From Brevibacterium luteolum (GTDB taxonomy: Bacteria > Actinomycetota > Actinomycetes > Actinomycetales > Brevibacteriaceae), in assembly GCF_013004595.1 (NCBI RefSeq), contig NZ_JABEMC010000004.1:62001-126000 (forward strand): DNA of 64,000 nucleotides. The letters are read 5' to 3'. A program made the position numbers and the translations under genes. Positions 39,522 through 49,348 of the stretch are shown here, piece after piece; the stretch's first letter is position 1; every line of letters starts with the position of its first letter. Below the pieces are notes generated by a model, which saw only the letters and a list, made by a program, of their open reading frames with translations, did not search any database and was not told the DNA's origin.

Positions 39522-41354
39522 ATGGCCGAGACCATGATGCAGTCCGTCACCCCGGTGAGTGGATTCGAGTTCGATCCGGAACCGAACCTTCCGGCCACGC
39601 TCATCAACCGGGCGGCGCGGGACCCGCATGGCATCGCGCTGTCGCGGCAGCAGAACGGCGAGTGGATCGACGTCACCGCGCAGGCCTTCCTCCACCAGGT
39701 CGAAGCACTGGCCAAGGGACTCATCGCCGCGGGCGTGCAGCCGGGCCAGCGGGTCGGCATCTTCGGCTCGACCGCATACGAGTGGACCCTGGCCGACTAC
39801 GCGATCTGGTTCGCTGGCGGGGTCACCGTCCCCTTCTACGACACCTCGTCTCGTGACCAGCTGGCCTGGATGCTCGAGGACGCCGAGGTGTTCTGCGGGT
39901 TCGTGCAGTCCGAAGACCACGCACAGCGCATCCGGGAGGCCTTCGCCGATGTCGAGGCGCTCGCCGATCGCGAGCCGACGATCTGGATCTGGACCGAAGA
40001 CGGCATCGCCGGCCTGCTGCGCGACGGTGCGGACATCAGCGATGAGGAGCTGAAGGAGCGTACCAGCTACGCGACCCAGGACGATATCGCCACCCTCATC
40101 TACACCTCGGGAACCACCGGCCGTTCGAAGGGCTGCGTGCTCACCCACGGCAACTTCGTGCTCACCTCCCAGGCCGTCATCCATCAGGCTGGAGAGATCA
40201 TCCGGCCCGGTGCCCGCTGCCTGCTGTTCCTGCCGCTGGCCCATGTGCTCGCCCGCTTCATCCAGGTCGTCACCATCCAGGGTGACGGCACGCTGGCCCA
40301 CGAGGGCGATCTCAAGAAGCTCACCGACGCACTCGGCAGCTTCCGGCCGACCTTCATCCTCGGCGTGCCGCGCGTGTTCGAGAAGGTCTTCAACGCCGCC
40401 CTGTCCAAAGCCGAAGCCGGCGGCAAGCAGAAGATCTTCCGCGCCGCCGAGGCGGTGGCCGTGCTCTACTCCCAGGCCCTCGACGCCGGCCGGGTGCCGC
40501 TGACGCTGCGCGCCCAGCATGCGCTGTTCGACAAGCTCGTGTACTCGAAGCTGCGCGAGGTGATGGGAGGCCGGGTCACGCATGCGATCTCCGGCGGCGG
40601 GCCGCTGGGTGAGCATCTCGGCCACTTCTTCCGCGGCGTCGGCCTCATCGTGCTCGAAGGCTACGGTCTGACCGAGACCACCGCCCCGGTGACGGTCAAC
40701 ATCCCGGCGAAGTCGAAGATCGGCACCGTCGGCGTGCCGCTGCCCGGCTGCGCGGTGGCCATCGCTCCCGACGGCGAGGTCCTCGCCAAGGGCGTGTGCG
40801 TCTTCCGCGAGTACTGGAAGAACCCGGAGGCCACCGAGAAGGACTTCATGGACGGCTGGTTCGCCACCGGTGACATCGGCGACCTCGATGAAGACGGCTA
40901 TCTGCGCATCACCGGCCGGAAGAAGGAGCTCATCGTCACCTCGTCGGGCAAGAACGTCGCACCGGCTCCGATCGAGGACGCGCTGCGCCGCCACATGCTC
41001 ATCCATCAGCCGGTGCTCATCGGCGACAACCGCAACTTCATCTCAGCGCTCATCTTCCTCGATCCGGAGATGCTGCCGACCTGGCTGGAGAACCACGGCC
41101 TGCCGAAGATGGACCTCGAAGAGGCCTCGGCGAACCCCGAGGTCCACGCGGCCATCGAGAAGGCCGTCGAACGCGTCAACCGGAAGGTCTCGAAGGCGGA
41201 GAGCATCCGCGCATTCCGCATCGTGCCTGCCGAGCTGACCGAGCAGAACGGCTACCTGTCGGCCAAGCAGTCGGTCAAGCGCCACCTCATCGACCGGGAC
41301 TTCGCTGACGTCATCGACGACATCTACGCATCGTCGAACGGCCAGCAGAGCTGA
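39522..41354 (+). CDS. Long-chain fatty acid--CoA ligase (FadD15-like)
   Basis: YTSGTTGRSKG, EGYGLTET, GWFATGDIG, ITGRKKELIVTSSGKNVAP; SD TAAGGAG before ATG 39522. Confidence 0.92.
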   Translation: MAETMMQSVTPVSGFEFDPEPNLPATLINRAARDPHGIALSRQQNGEWIDVTAQAFLHQVEALAKGLIAAGVQPGQRVGIFGSTAYEWTLADYAIWFAGGVTVPFYDTSSRDQLAWMLEDAEVFCGFVQSEDHAQRIREAFADVEALADREPTIWIWTEDGIAGLLRDGADISDEELKERTSYATQDDIATLIYTSGTTGRSKGCVLTHGNFVLTSQAVIHQAGEIIRPGARCLLFLPLAHVLARFIQVVTIQGDGTLAHEGDLKKLTDALGSFRPTFILGVPRVFEKVFNAALSKAEAGGKQKIFRAAEAVAVLYSQALDAGRVPLTLRAQHALFDKLVYSKLREVMGGRVTHAISGGGPLGEHLGHFFRGVGLIVLEGYGLTETTAPVTVNIPAKSKIGTVGVPLPGCAVAIAPDGEVLAKGVCVFREYWKNPEATEKDFMDGWFATGDIGDLDEDGYLRITGRKKELIVTSSGKNVAPAPIEDALRRHMLIHQPVLIGDNRNFISALIFLDPEMLPTWLENHGLPKMDLEEASANPEVHAAIEKAVERVNRKVSKAESIRAFRIVPAELTEQNGYLSAKQSVKRHLIDRDFADVIDDIYASSNGQQS

Positions 41355-41397
41355 CAGCTGAGTCCTCCCGGCACTCGGCAGGGTGAGATCTGAGCCG

Positions 41398-41430
41398 AGG
41401 GCGGCTGCATCTGCGCGATGCAGCCGCCCT
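41398..41430 (+). terminator. Terminator hairpin after the acyl-CoA synthetase
   Basis: AGGGCGGCTGCATC-TGCGC-GATGCAGCCGCCCT followed by TT. Confidence 0.75.
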
Positions 41431-41443
41431 TTAGACTGTGTCT

Positions 41444-42433
41444 ATGAGTGACGAGCGCAACAAAGGGACGAAGACATCTGACTCCGCAGCCGGCAACGGC
41501 AGCGCTGGAGAATTCGAGCTCACACCTGAGGGCGTGCCCGATTTCGCCAACGAGATCGACGAGATCCGGGAGCTGTCGAAGAAGCTCAAGTCCCGCTCCA
41601 GCGACTCCGAGGCGTGGAAGCACGGCTACCCGTACGACCAGAAGCTCACCCGGCGCCGGTATGAGCGTGAGAAGCGCCAGCTGCAGATCGAGCTGCTGAA
41701 GATGCAGACGTGGGTGCGCGAGACCAAGCAGAAGATCGTCATCATCTTCGAAGGCCGCGATGCCGCCGGCAAGGGCGGGGCGATCAAACGCTTCACCGAG
41801 CACCTGAATCCGCGCGGCGCTCGCGTCGTCGCCCTGGAGAAGCCCACCGAGCGGGAGAAGACCCAGTGGTTCTTCCAGCGCTACGTCCAGCATCTGCCCG
41901 CCGGCGGAGAGATCGTGCTGTTCGACCGCTCCTGGTACAACCGCGCCGGCGTCGAACGGGTGATGGGCTACTGCACACCGACGCAGTACCTGGAATTCAC
42001 CCGCTCCTGCCCCGAGTTCGAGAACATGCTCGTGCAGTCGGGCACCCACATCATCAAGTTCTGGTTCTCCGTCGGCCGCGAAGAGCAGCTGCACCGCTTC
42101 GGCGCCCGCCGCACGGATCCGATCAAGCAGTGGAAGCTCTCCCCCACCGACCTTGCCAGCCTCGACAAATGGGATGCCTACACCGAGGCGAAGAACGCGA
42201 TGTTCTTCTACACCGACACCCCGGCCGCCCCGTGGACGGTTGTGAAGTCCAACGACAAGAAACGCGCTCGTTTGGAAGCGATGCGCTACGTGCTCAACCA
42301 ATTCGACTACCCGGGCAAAGACCAGCGGGTGGCGCGGGCGGCTGATCCGCTCATCGTCGGCTCTCCACGCGACATGTATGACGATGGCGAAACTCCGACC
42401 GACGCGTTTCCCACCACCCTCAGCGGGGACTAA
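41444..42433 (+). CDS. ppk2: Polyphosphate kinase 2 (class I)
   Basis: FEGRDAAGKGG, HLNPRG, FDRSWYNRAGVERVMG, KQWKLSP, SNDKKRARL. Confidence 0.95.
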   Translation: MSDERNKGTKTSDSAAGNGSAGEFELTPEGVPDFANEIDEIRELSKKLKSRSSDSEAWKHGYPYDQKLTRRRYEREKRQLQIELLKMQTWVRETKQKIVIIFEGRDAAGKGGAIKRFTEHLNPRGARVVALEKPTEREKTQWFFQRYVQHLPAGGEIVLFDRSWYNRAGVERVMGYCTPTQYLEFTRSCPEFENMLVQSGTHIIKFWFSVGREEQLHRFGARRTDPIKQWKLSPTDLASLDKWDAYTEAKNAMFFYTDTPAAPWTVVKSNDKKRARLEAMRYVLNQFDYPGKDQRVARAADPLIVGSPRDMYDDGETPTDAFPTTLSGD

Positions 42434-42512
42434 GCTCATTCACATAGCTCCTCATCAGAGCCGCAGAACAAGGAGCATTGCCGTCAGACAGCCCCCTCGA
42501 GGAAGCGAAGAT

Positions 42513-43568
42513 ATGGAACCCGACAACCGGATCTTGGTGAGTTCGAGCTCAGCGGCGGCCTCCGCCCGGAGCTTCATGAATAAGCCGGCAGTGGCACACC
42601 TGATGGCCACGCTGCAGCGCTTCGGCCAGCGGCTGGGCAGCCAGTTCGGTGCCGCGATCACCTACTTCCTCGTCCTCGCCCTCATACCGACGCTTATGTT
42701 CGCCTTCGCGGCGCTGGGCTTCATCCTTGACATCGTGCGCCCCGAACTCGTCGACGTCGTCACCCAGAAGCTGCACGAGTTCGCGCCCGGCCAGGACCAG
42801 CTTGTCGAGATGCTGCAGAACTTCATCGACAACTGGCAGGCCGTCGGCATCGTCGGCATCATCTCCGCGCTCTACACCGCGCAGGGATTCATCGGCAACC
42901 TCAAGGACGCCATCCGCGCCCAGCTGCGCAAGGACATGGACGCCAAGCCGCAGGAGAACTTCGTCGTCCGCACCCTGTCGAACATCGTCACCCTCATCGG
43001 CCTGCTCATCGGCGTCGGCCTGACGATCGGCCTGACCGTCATCGGCACCGGCCTGCAGACCACCATCGTCGAATGGCTCCAGCTGCCCGGCTGGGTCACC
43101 CCGGTGCTGACGATCACCCCGATCATCATCACGCTGTTCTCCTCGTGGCTGATCTTCATGTTCCTGTTCACGATGATCCCGATCCACCCGATCCAGCCGC
43201 GCACCAAGCGCCTCGGCTCGCTCTTCGGCGCCATCGCGCTTACCCTGCTGCTGAACATCGCCACCGTGCTCATCGACCTGTTCTCCGGTTCACCGACCGC
43301 TGCACTGTTCGGCCCGGTCATCGCGATCATGCTCTCGATGAACGTCTTCGCCCGCATCATCCTCATGGTCGCCGCCTGGATGGGCACCGCCGATGACGAG
43401 CCGATCTTCGGCACCATCGCCGAAGCCCCGCCGGCCAGCCGCGAACAGCTCTCCCGCGCGCAGGGCAGCGCCGAGACGATCGGTGCGCTGGCCGTGGCCG
43501 GCAGCCTCATCGCCGTCACCATCCTCGGGTTCAACCGGTGGGCCGACAAACACGACACGCTCCGCTGA
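42513..43568 (+). CDS. YihY/BrkB family inner membrane protein
   Basis: GSQFGAAITYFLVLALIP and about 7 TM segments; start uncertain. Confidence 0.82.
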   Translation: MEPDNRILVSSSSAAASARSFMNKPAVAHLMATLQRFGQRLGSQFGAAITYFLVLALIPTLMFAFAALGFILDIVRPELVDVVTQKLHEFAPGQDQLVEMLQNFIDNWQAVGIVGIISALYTAQGFIGNLKDAIRAQLRKDMDAKPQENFVVRTLSNIVTLIGLLIGVGLTIGLTVIGTGLQTTIVEWLQLPGWVTPVLTITPIIITLFSSWLIFMFLFTMIPIHPIQPRTKRLGSLFGAIALTLLLNIATVLIDLFSGSPTAALFGPVIAIMLSMNVFARIILMVAAWMGTADDEPIFGTIAEAPPASREQLSRAQGSAETIGALAVAGSLIAVTILGFNRWADKHDTLR

Positions 43569-44197
43569 CGGGCTTCTTCGACCGCAGCGTCCACACCGTC
43601 GCGCCGCAGTTGCTCGGCGGGATCCTCACCTGCACCGACGGTGAGACCACGATCGCGGTGCGACTGACCGAAGTCGAGGCCTACGGCGGAGACGACGACC
43701 CCGGCTCGCACGCCTTCCGCGGGCGTACCGAACGCAACGCGACGATGTTCGGCCCACCCGGGCACCTGTACTGCTATCTGTCCTACGGCATGCACCGGCT
43801 GCTCAACATCGTCTGCCAGGATCCCGGCGACCCGGCCGCCGTGCTGCTGCGCGCCGGCGAGGTCATCACCGGCCACGAGGTGGCCCGCGCCCGCCGCGCA
43901 CAGCGCCGCGGTGGGCAGGTGACCGACCGTGAGCTCGCCCGCGGCCCCGGCTGCCTCGGCCAGGTCTTCGCCGCCAGCGCAGCCACCGACGGGGCGGCAC
44001 TCACCGTGCCCGAGGCGCCGGCCGGCTGGTCCTTCACCCCGCCTGCCGAACCGGTCGAGTACGTCGCAGGCCCCCGCGTCGGCGTCTCCGGTCCCGGTGG
44101 TGACCCCGACGCCTTCCCCTGGAGGTATTCGATACCCGGGGATGCGACCGTTTCGCGCTTCGTCCCCGGCCGCAACGTCACGAAAGCAGGGTCATGA
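43538..44197 (+). CDS. mpg: DNA-3-methyladenine glycosylase (MPG/AAG family)
   Basis: LTEVEAY, DPGSHA, RNATMFGPPGHLYCYLSYGMH, AVLLRA, LARGPG, GPRVGVS; start uncertain. Confidence 0.92.
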   Translation: MGRQTRHAPLTGFFDRSVHTVAPQLLGGILTCTDGETTIAVRLTEVEAYGGDDDPGSHAFRGRTERNATMFGPPGHLYCYLSYGMHRLLNIVCQDPGDPAAVLLRAGEVITGHEVARARRAQRRGGQVTDRELARGPGCLGQVFAASAATDGAALTVPEAPAGWSFTPPAEPVEYVAGPRVGVSGPGGDPDAFPWRYSIPGDATVSRFVPGRNVTKAGS

Positions 44198-44937
44198 CCT
44201 TCCGCAAGACCGGCAACCACGTCCCCTCAGACTTCTTCGCCACCGAAGCCGGCGGATTGCGCTGGCTGGCCGAACCCGGAACCGTCGACGTCGCTGGCGT
44301 CATCGATGTCTCGGAGACCGGGCTGATCCTGGAGCGCATCGACGAAGCTCCTGCGACCCGCGAGGCCGCTGCTGACTTCGGCCACCGTCTTGCCGCCCTC
44401 CACCAGGCACCGGCCGGTCGATTCGGCGACAACCCACCGAAGGTCGAAACCTACTACTTCGGCCCGCTGAGCCAGCCGCTGAAGATCACAACACGCTTTG
44501 CCGACAGCTGCGGTGAGGCCTACGCAGCACGCCTTGAGTCCCTGGCCGGATACGACCCCAACCCGCCTGCCGAGGTCACCCAGCTCATCGAGCGGATCGG
44601 CGCAGGCACCTTCGACGACGATGCCGCCCCTGCCCGCGTCCACGGCGACCTGTGGGCCGGCAACCTGCTCTTCACCTCGGGCACGGCCGCCCTCATCGAC
44701 CCAGCCGCCTGGGCCGGCCACCCGCTCATCGACCTCGGGATGCTCAGCCTCTTCAGCGCCCCGCACCTGGAGACGATCATCGGCGCCTGGGCCGAGGCCT
44801 ATCCGGTCGACATGCTCGGCCGCGACTGGCGTGAGCGCATCGAGCTGTATCAGTTCTTCGGCCTCTACGCCCACGCGGTGCTCTTCGGCGGCGGCTACCG
44901 GCAGGCGAGCATCACAGCCGCCCGGCAGTATCTGTGA
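44194..44937 (+). CDS. Fructosamine kinase family protein
   Basis: EAGGLRWL, LAALH, HGDLWAGN, LIDPAA, HAVLFGGGY. Confidence 0.88.
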   Translation: MTFRKTGNHVPSDFFATEAGGLRWLAEPGTVDVAGVIDVSETGLILERIDEAPATREAAADFGHRLAALHQAPAGRFGDNPPKVETYYFGPLSQPLKITTRFADSCGEAYAARLESLAGYDPNPPAEVTQLIERIGAGTFDDDAAPARVHGDLWAGNLLFTSGTAALIDPAAWAGHPLIDLGMLSLFSAPHLETIIGAWAEAYPVDMLGRDWRERIELYQFFGLYAHAVLFGGGYRQASITAARQYL

Positions 44938-45003
44938 GGTCAGTGTCGTCTAGGCTGAGGGCAGCACGCCTGCACCCGCACGGATAAGGAAGAGGGACCC
45001 GCT

Positions 45004-45339
45004 ATGTCCGTCGTCAAGATCAATGCCCTGACCGTCCCGGCCGAGACCGGTGATGAGATCGTCAACCGGTTCGCCCCGGCCATCGAACGGCTCGACAGCT
45101 TCGAGGGCTTTGAGCGGTTCGCGCTGCTCAAGCCGACTGATGACCGTTCGGTGTGGTTCGTCTACACGCAGTGGGCCAGCGAAGAGGCCTACGAGGGCTG
45201 GAAGAACTCACGGTCCTTCGCCAGCAGTCATGCCGAGGGTGCGGAGAAGAAGAAGCCGGTGGCCACCGGCGCTGAGCTGCTGGAGTTCGAGACGACGCTC
45301 GAGGCCACGGGGTTCGGCAGCGGCGGCGCTGGCCAGTAG
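45004..45339 (+). CDS. Antibiotic biosynthesis monooxygenase family, MhuD-like heme-degrading protein
   Basis: MSVVKINAL..P...RF...GF...LLKP...W.SEEA...W...H...PVATGAELLEFE closely parallels M. tuberculosis MhuD as I recall it; Asn7, Trp66 and His75 equivalents present. Confidence 0.8.
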   Translation: MSVVKINALTVPAETGDEIVNRFAPAIERLDSFEGFERFALLKPTDDRSVWFVYTQWASEEAYEGWKNSRSFASSHAEGAEKKKPVATGAELLEFETTLEATGFGSGGAGQ

Positions 45340-45383
45340 GATTGTGCGAAGTAGCTGAGACAGGATTCGAAAGGGAATTTCTG

Positions 45384-46826
45384 GTGACTGATCCAACGAT
45401 CGCGAAAATGGCAGAGTGGGCCTCGAAGCAGAGCGCCGCTGAGGACATGATCCCTCTGGTGGGCCGCCTCTACCGCAACAACGAGGTGCTGCTGACCGTC
45501 TACGGCCGCAGCCTGCTGAACAAGTCCGTCAACGGCATCATCAAGGCCCACCGCTACGCCCGTCACTTCGACGGCACCGAGCTCGACATGGATGAGACGC
45601 TGCGTCTGGTCACCGCGCTCGACGGTCTCAACCTGGGCCCGTGCCGCATCGATCTCGGCCGCATGGCCGCCGGTTTCCGCAACTCCGGCGGAGACGACGT
45701 CGAGGCCTACCTGCGCGAGCAGCTCTCCGAAGTCGTCGACGCTGTAGACCGCGAGCAGAGCAAGCCGCAGGACGTCGTCCTCTACGGCTTCGGCCGCATC
45801 GGCCGGCTGCTCGCCCGCATCCTCGTCGACCGCGCCGGCGGCACGAACATGCGCCTGCGCGCGATCGTCGTGCGCCGCGGCGGTGACAACGACATCGTCA
45901 AGCGCGCCTCCCTGCTGCGCCGCGACTCGGTGCACGGCAAGTTCGACGGCAACATCGTCGTCGATGAGGAGAACAGCACGATCTGTGCCAACGGCGTGCT
46001 CATCCAGGTCATCTACTCCGATGACCCGTCCTCGGTCGACTACACGAAGTGCGGCATCGACAACGCCATCGTCGTCGACAACACCGGCCGCTGGCGCGAT
46101 GAGGAGGGCCTGGGCAAGCACCTCAAGTGCCCGGGTGTGGCGAAGGTGCTGCTGACCGCACCGGGCAAGGGCGAGATCAAGAACGTCGTCTACGGCGTCA
46201 ATTCCCACGACATCACCGCCGAGGACACGATCCTCTCGGCTGCCTCGTGCACGACGAACGCGATCACCCCGGTGCTCAAGGTCCTCAACGACGAATTCGG
46301 TGTGCGCAACGGCCACGTCGAGACCGTCCACTCCTTCACCAACGACCAGAACCTCATCGACAACTTCCACAAGGGCTCGCGCCGCGGCCGTGCTGCCGGG
46401 CTCAACATGGTGCTCACCGAGACCGGTGCTGCTAAGGCCGTGGCCAAGGCGCTGCCGGAGCTCAAGGGCAAGCTGTCGGGCAACGCAATCCGCGTTCCCA
46501 CCCCGAACGTGTCGATGGCGATCCTCAACCTCAACCTCGGGCGCGAGACGACCGTCGATGAGCTCAACACGTTCCTGCGGGAGACCTCGCTGAACTCCGA
46601 GCTGCGCAACCAGATCGACTACATCGCCTCCCCAGAGGTCGTCTCGACTGACTTCGTCGGCTCCAAGCGCGCCGGCATCGTCGACGGCCTGGCGACCATC
46701 GTCGACGGTGATCGCGCTGTCGTCTACGTCTGGTACGACAACGAATTCGGCTACTCCTGCCAGGTGGTCCGCTGCATCGCCGACATGGCCGGCATCGACA
46801 CCCCGGCCTTCCCGAAGCGCAGCTGA
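45384..46826 (+). CDS. Long-form glyceraldehyde-3-phosphate dehydrogenase with N-terminal extension (GapB/GapX type)
   Basis: YGFGRIGR, RDSVHG, catalytic SAASCTTNA, RVPTPNVS, WYDNEFGYS; about 130 aa N-terminal extension; GTG 45384 after GAAAGGG. Confidence 0.93.
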   Translation: MTDPTIAKMAEWASKQSAAEDMIPLVGRLYRNNEVLLTVYGRSLLNKSVNGIIKAHRYARHFDGTELDMDETLRLVTALDGLNLGPCRIDLGRMAAGFRNSGGDDVEAYLREQLSEVVDAVDREQSKPQDVVLYGFGRIGRLLARILVDRAGGTNMRLRAIVVRRGGDNDIVKRASLLRRDSVHGKFDGNIVVDEENSTICANGVLIQVIYSDDPSSVDYTKCGIDNAIVVDNTGRWRDEEGLGKHLKCPGVAKVLLTAPGKGEIKNVVYGVNSHDITAEDTILSAASCTTNAITPVLKVLNDEFGVRNGHVETVHSFTNDQNLIDNFHKGSRRGRAAGLNMVLTETGAAKAVAKALPELKGKLSGNAIRVPTPNVSMAILNLNLGRETTVDELNTFLRETSLNSELRNQIDYIASPEVVSTDFVGSKRAGIVDGLATIVDGDRAVVYVWYDNEFGYSCQVVRCIADMAGIDTPAFPKRS

Positions 46827-46829
46827 GCC

Positions 46830-48326
46830 ATGGGCTACGTCCTCGCACTTGATGAGGGCACGACCTCGACGCGTGCGGTCATCTTCTCTGAAGATGGCCG
46901 CACGGTCGCTTCTGCCGGTCAGGAGTTCGAGCAGATCTTCCCCGCCGCCGGTCGTGTGGAACACGACGCCGGGGTGATCTGGCGGACCAGCCGGGAGGTC
47001 ATCGGCCAGGCACTGGGCACCGCCTCGCTGACAAGCGCCGACATCGCCGCTGTTGGCATCACCAACCAGCGTGAGACCACCGTCGTGTGGGAGGCGGCGA
47101 ACGGCCAGCCGGTGCACAACGCGATCGTGTGGCAGGACACCCGCGGCGGCGATTACGTCACGCAGCTCAGCGAATACGCTGAGGAGATCGCCGAGATCAC
47201 CGGGCTGCCGGTCAACACGTACTTCTCCGGCATCAAGCTGCGCTGGCTGTTCGACCACGTCGACGGACTGCGCGAACGGGCAGCGGCAGGTGAGGTGCTC
47301 TTCGGCACCATCGACACCTGGCTGCTGTGGAACCTCACTGGCGGGGTCAACGGCGGCGCGCACGTCACCGACGTCACCAACGCCTCACGCACCCTGCTCA
47401 TGGACCTGCACACCGGCCAGTGGTCACAGCGGATGTGCGAGCTGCTCGGCATCCCGGCCGCCTGCCTGCCGGAGATCCGGCCATCAGTCGGGACCTTCGG
47501 CACAGTCGCATCCGGTCAGCTGCTGGCCGGCGTGCCGATCGCCGGAGTGCTCGGCGACCAGCAGGCAGCCGCGTTCGGCCAGTGCCGCTTCTCCCCCGGC
47601 GATACGAAGAACACCTACGGCACCGGCTGCTTCCTGCTGACGAACACCGGGGAGGAGATCCGCCGGTCAGCCAACGGACTCGTCTCCACCGTGGCGTACC
47701 AGATCGAGGGCCAGCCGCTGCAGTACGCGCTCGAAGGCTCGATCGCGGTAGCCGGTGCGCTCGTGCAGTGGCTGCGCGACAACCTCGGGCTCATCCGCAC
47801 CGCCGATGAGGTCAACGATCTGGCCCGCGAGGTCTCCGACAACGGCGACGTCTACTTCGTCCCGGCCTTCTCCGGTCTCTACGCCCCACACTGGCGGGCA
47901 GACGCACGCGGGGTGCTCATCGGCATGACCCGCTTCACCAGCCGCGGGCACATCGCCCGGGCAGCCCTGGAAGCCACGGCCTTCCAGACTGCCGAGGTGC
48001 TCGATGTCATGCGCCGCGACTCCGGGTACACGATTGATCGGATCGCCGCTGACGGCGGCATGTGCGCCTCGGACATCCTCATGCAGTTCCAGGCCGATAT
48101 CGCCGGCTGCGAGGTGGTCCGCCCGCAGATCATCGAGGCCACCGCTGCCGGCGCCGCCTATGCAGCCGGATTGGGTGCGGGAGTGTACGGCTCCCTAGAC
48201 GAGCTGGCCGGCTACTGGCAGGCGGATGCCTCCTGGCAGCCGTCGATCACCGCAGCGGACCGGCAGCAGTTGCTGAGCCGGTGGAGCCAGGCGATCGAGC
48301 GGTCCCTCGGCTGGGTCGAGGACTGA
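46830..48326 (+). CDS. glpK: Glycerol kinase
   Basis: LDEGTTSTRA, GITNQRETT, NAIVWQDTR, TDVTNASRT, GDQQAA, KNTYGTGCF, YALEGS. Confidence 0.95.
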   Translation: MGYVLALDEGTTSTRAVIFSEDGRTVASAGQEFEQIFPAAGRVEHDAGVIWRTSREVIGQALGTASLTSADIAAVGITNQRETTVVWEAANGQPVHNAIVWQDTRGGDYVTQLSEYAEEIAEITGLPVNTYFSGIKLRWLFDHVDGLRERAAAGEVLFGTIDTWLLWNLTGGVNGGAHVTDVTNASRTLLMDLHTGQWSQRMCELLGIPAACLPEIRPSVGTFGTVASGQLLAGVPIAGVLGDQQAAAFGQCRFSPGDTKNTYGTGCFLLTNTGEEIRRSANGLVSTVAYQIEGQPLQYALEGSIAVAGALVQWLRDNLGLIRTADEVNDLAREVSDNGDVYFVPAFSGLYAPHWRADARGVLIGMTRFTSRGHIARAALEATAFQTAEVLDVMRRDSGYTIDRIAADGGMCASDILMQFQADIAGCEVVRPQIIEATAAGAAYAAGLGAGVYGSLDELAGYWQADASWQPSITAADRQQLLSRWSQAIERSLGWVED

Positions 48327-48355
48327 CCTAAAGCCCCTTTCCCAGACGGACCGGG

Positions 48356-49321
48356 TCAGCCGGCGGCGTAGCCTTTGGCCTTGTCGACGATGTTGAACAG
48401 CTGCTGGCCTGACCGGTACCGGTCCCAGTTGGCCATGAACTGCTCAGCTAAGCGGTCTGACCAGCCCGCGGAGTCACCGCTCATGTGCGGGGTGATGACC
48501 ACACTGCCCATCTGCCACAACGGGCTGTCCTCCGGCAGCGGTTCCGGGTCGACGACGTCGAGGCCGGCTCCGGCGATCTGCCCGGATTCCAGCGCAGCGA
48601 CCAGATCGTCGGTGACAACACTGGCGCCGCGCCCGACGTTGATGAGATGCGCGCTCTCAGGCAGCGCTTCAAGCACGGCTGCATCGATGAGCCCGGTGGT
48701 CTGCTCCGTCAGCGGTGCGATGTTGATGAGCCAGTCGACTCCTGCGACGTGCTCAGCGAGATCGGCACTGGCGATGATCTCTCCGAAGTCGGGATCCCCG
48801 CCTCGGGCGCGGGAGCCGGCCCCAGTGACGTGCACACCGAGGGCGCGCAGCGTGGTCGCGATCGCCCGGCCGATCGACCCGGTGCCGACGATCATCGCAT
48901 GCGAGCCTGCCAGGTCGCGGGATTCGCGGTGCTGCCAGATCCGCTGCCGCTGGTGGGCCAGCGAGGTCGGGAAGTCCTTGGCGAAATGCAGCATGAAGGC
49001 AAGCACGAATTCGGCGATCGGGCGGTCGAAGATGCCGCGGGCGTTGGTGACGGTGACCTCGGAGTCGCGCAGCTGATCGAACATGAGCGAGTCGACCCCG
49101 GCCGATGCCGCGTGGATCCAGTCCAGCCGGTCAGCACTGCTGAACGCGTCCTTGAGCGCTGGTGAGAAGAAGTCCCACATGAGCAGCACCTCGGTCCCGG
49201 GCAGTGCGGCGGCCAGCTCATCGGCTTCGACCCAGCGCACCTCGCTGGCTTCGTCGGCCAGGCGGTCGAAGTGCGCTGGGCGCTTCTTGTCAGGGGCGGT
49301 GAGGATCGTCAGGACGGTCAT
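48356..49321 (-). CDS. D-isomer specific 2-hydroxyacid dehydrogenase
   Basis: SAGVD, GTGSIG, INVGRG, LDVVDPEPLP, ITPHMSG. Confidence 0.9.
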   Translation of the reverse strand: MTVLTILTAPDKKRPAHFDRLADEASEVRWVEADELAAALPGTEVLLMWDFFSPALKDAFSSADRLDWIHAASAGVDSLMFDQLRDSEVTVTNARGIFDRPIAEFVLAFMLHFAKDFPTSLAHQRQRIWQHRESRDLAGSHAMIVGTGSIGRAIATTLRALGVHVTGAGSRARGGDPDFGEIIASADLAEHVAGVDWLINIAPLTEQTTGLIDAAVLEALPESAHLINVGRGASVVTDDLVAALESGQIAGAGLDVVDPEPLPEDSPLWQMGSVVITPHMSGDSAGWSDRLAEQFMANWDRYRSGQQLFNIVDKAKGYAAG

Positions 49322-49348
49322 GGGCGGTCCTCCAAGCGGTCGGCTGGT

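Noticed and set aside
45228..47363. 711-aa minus-strand ORF opposite gap/glpK
   Set aside because: Antisense shadow with no recognisable domain.
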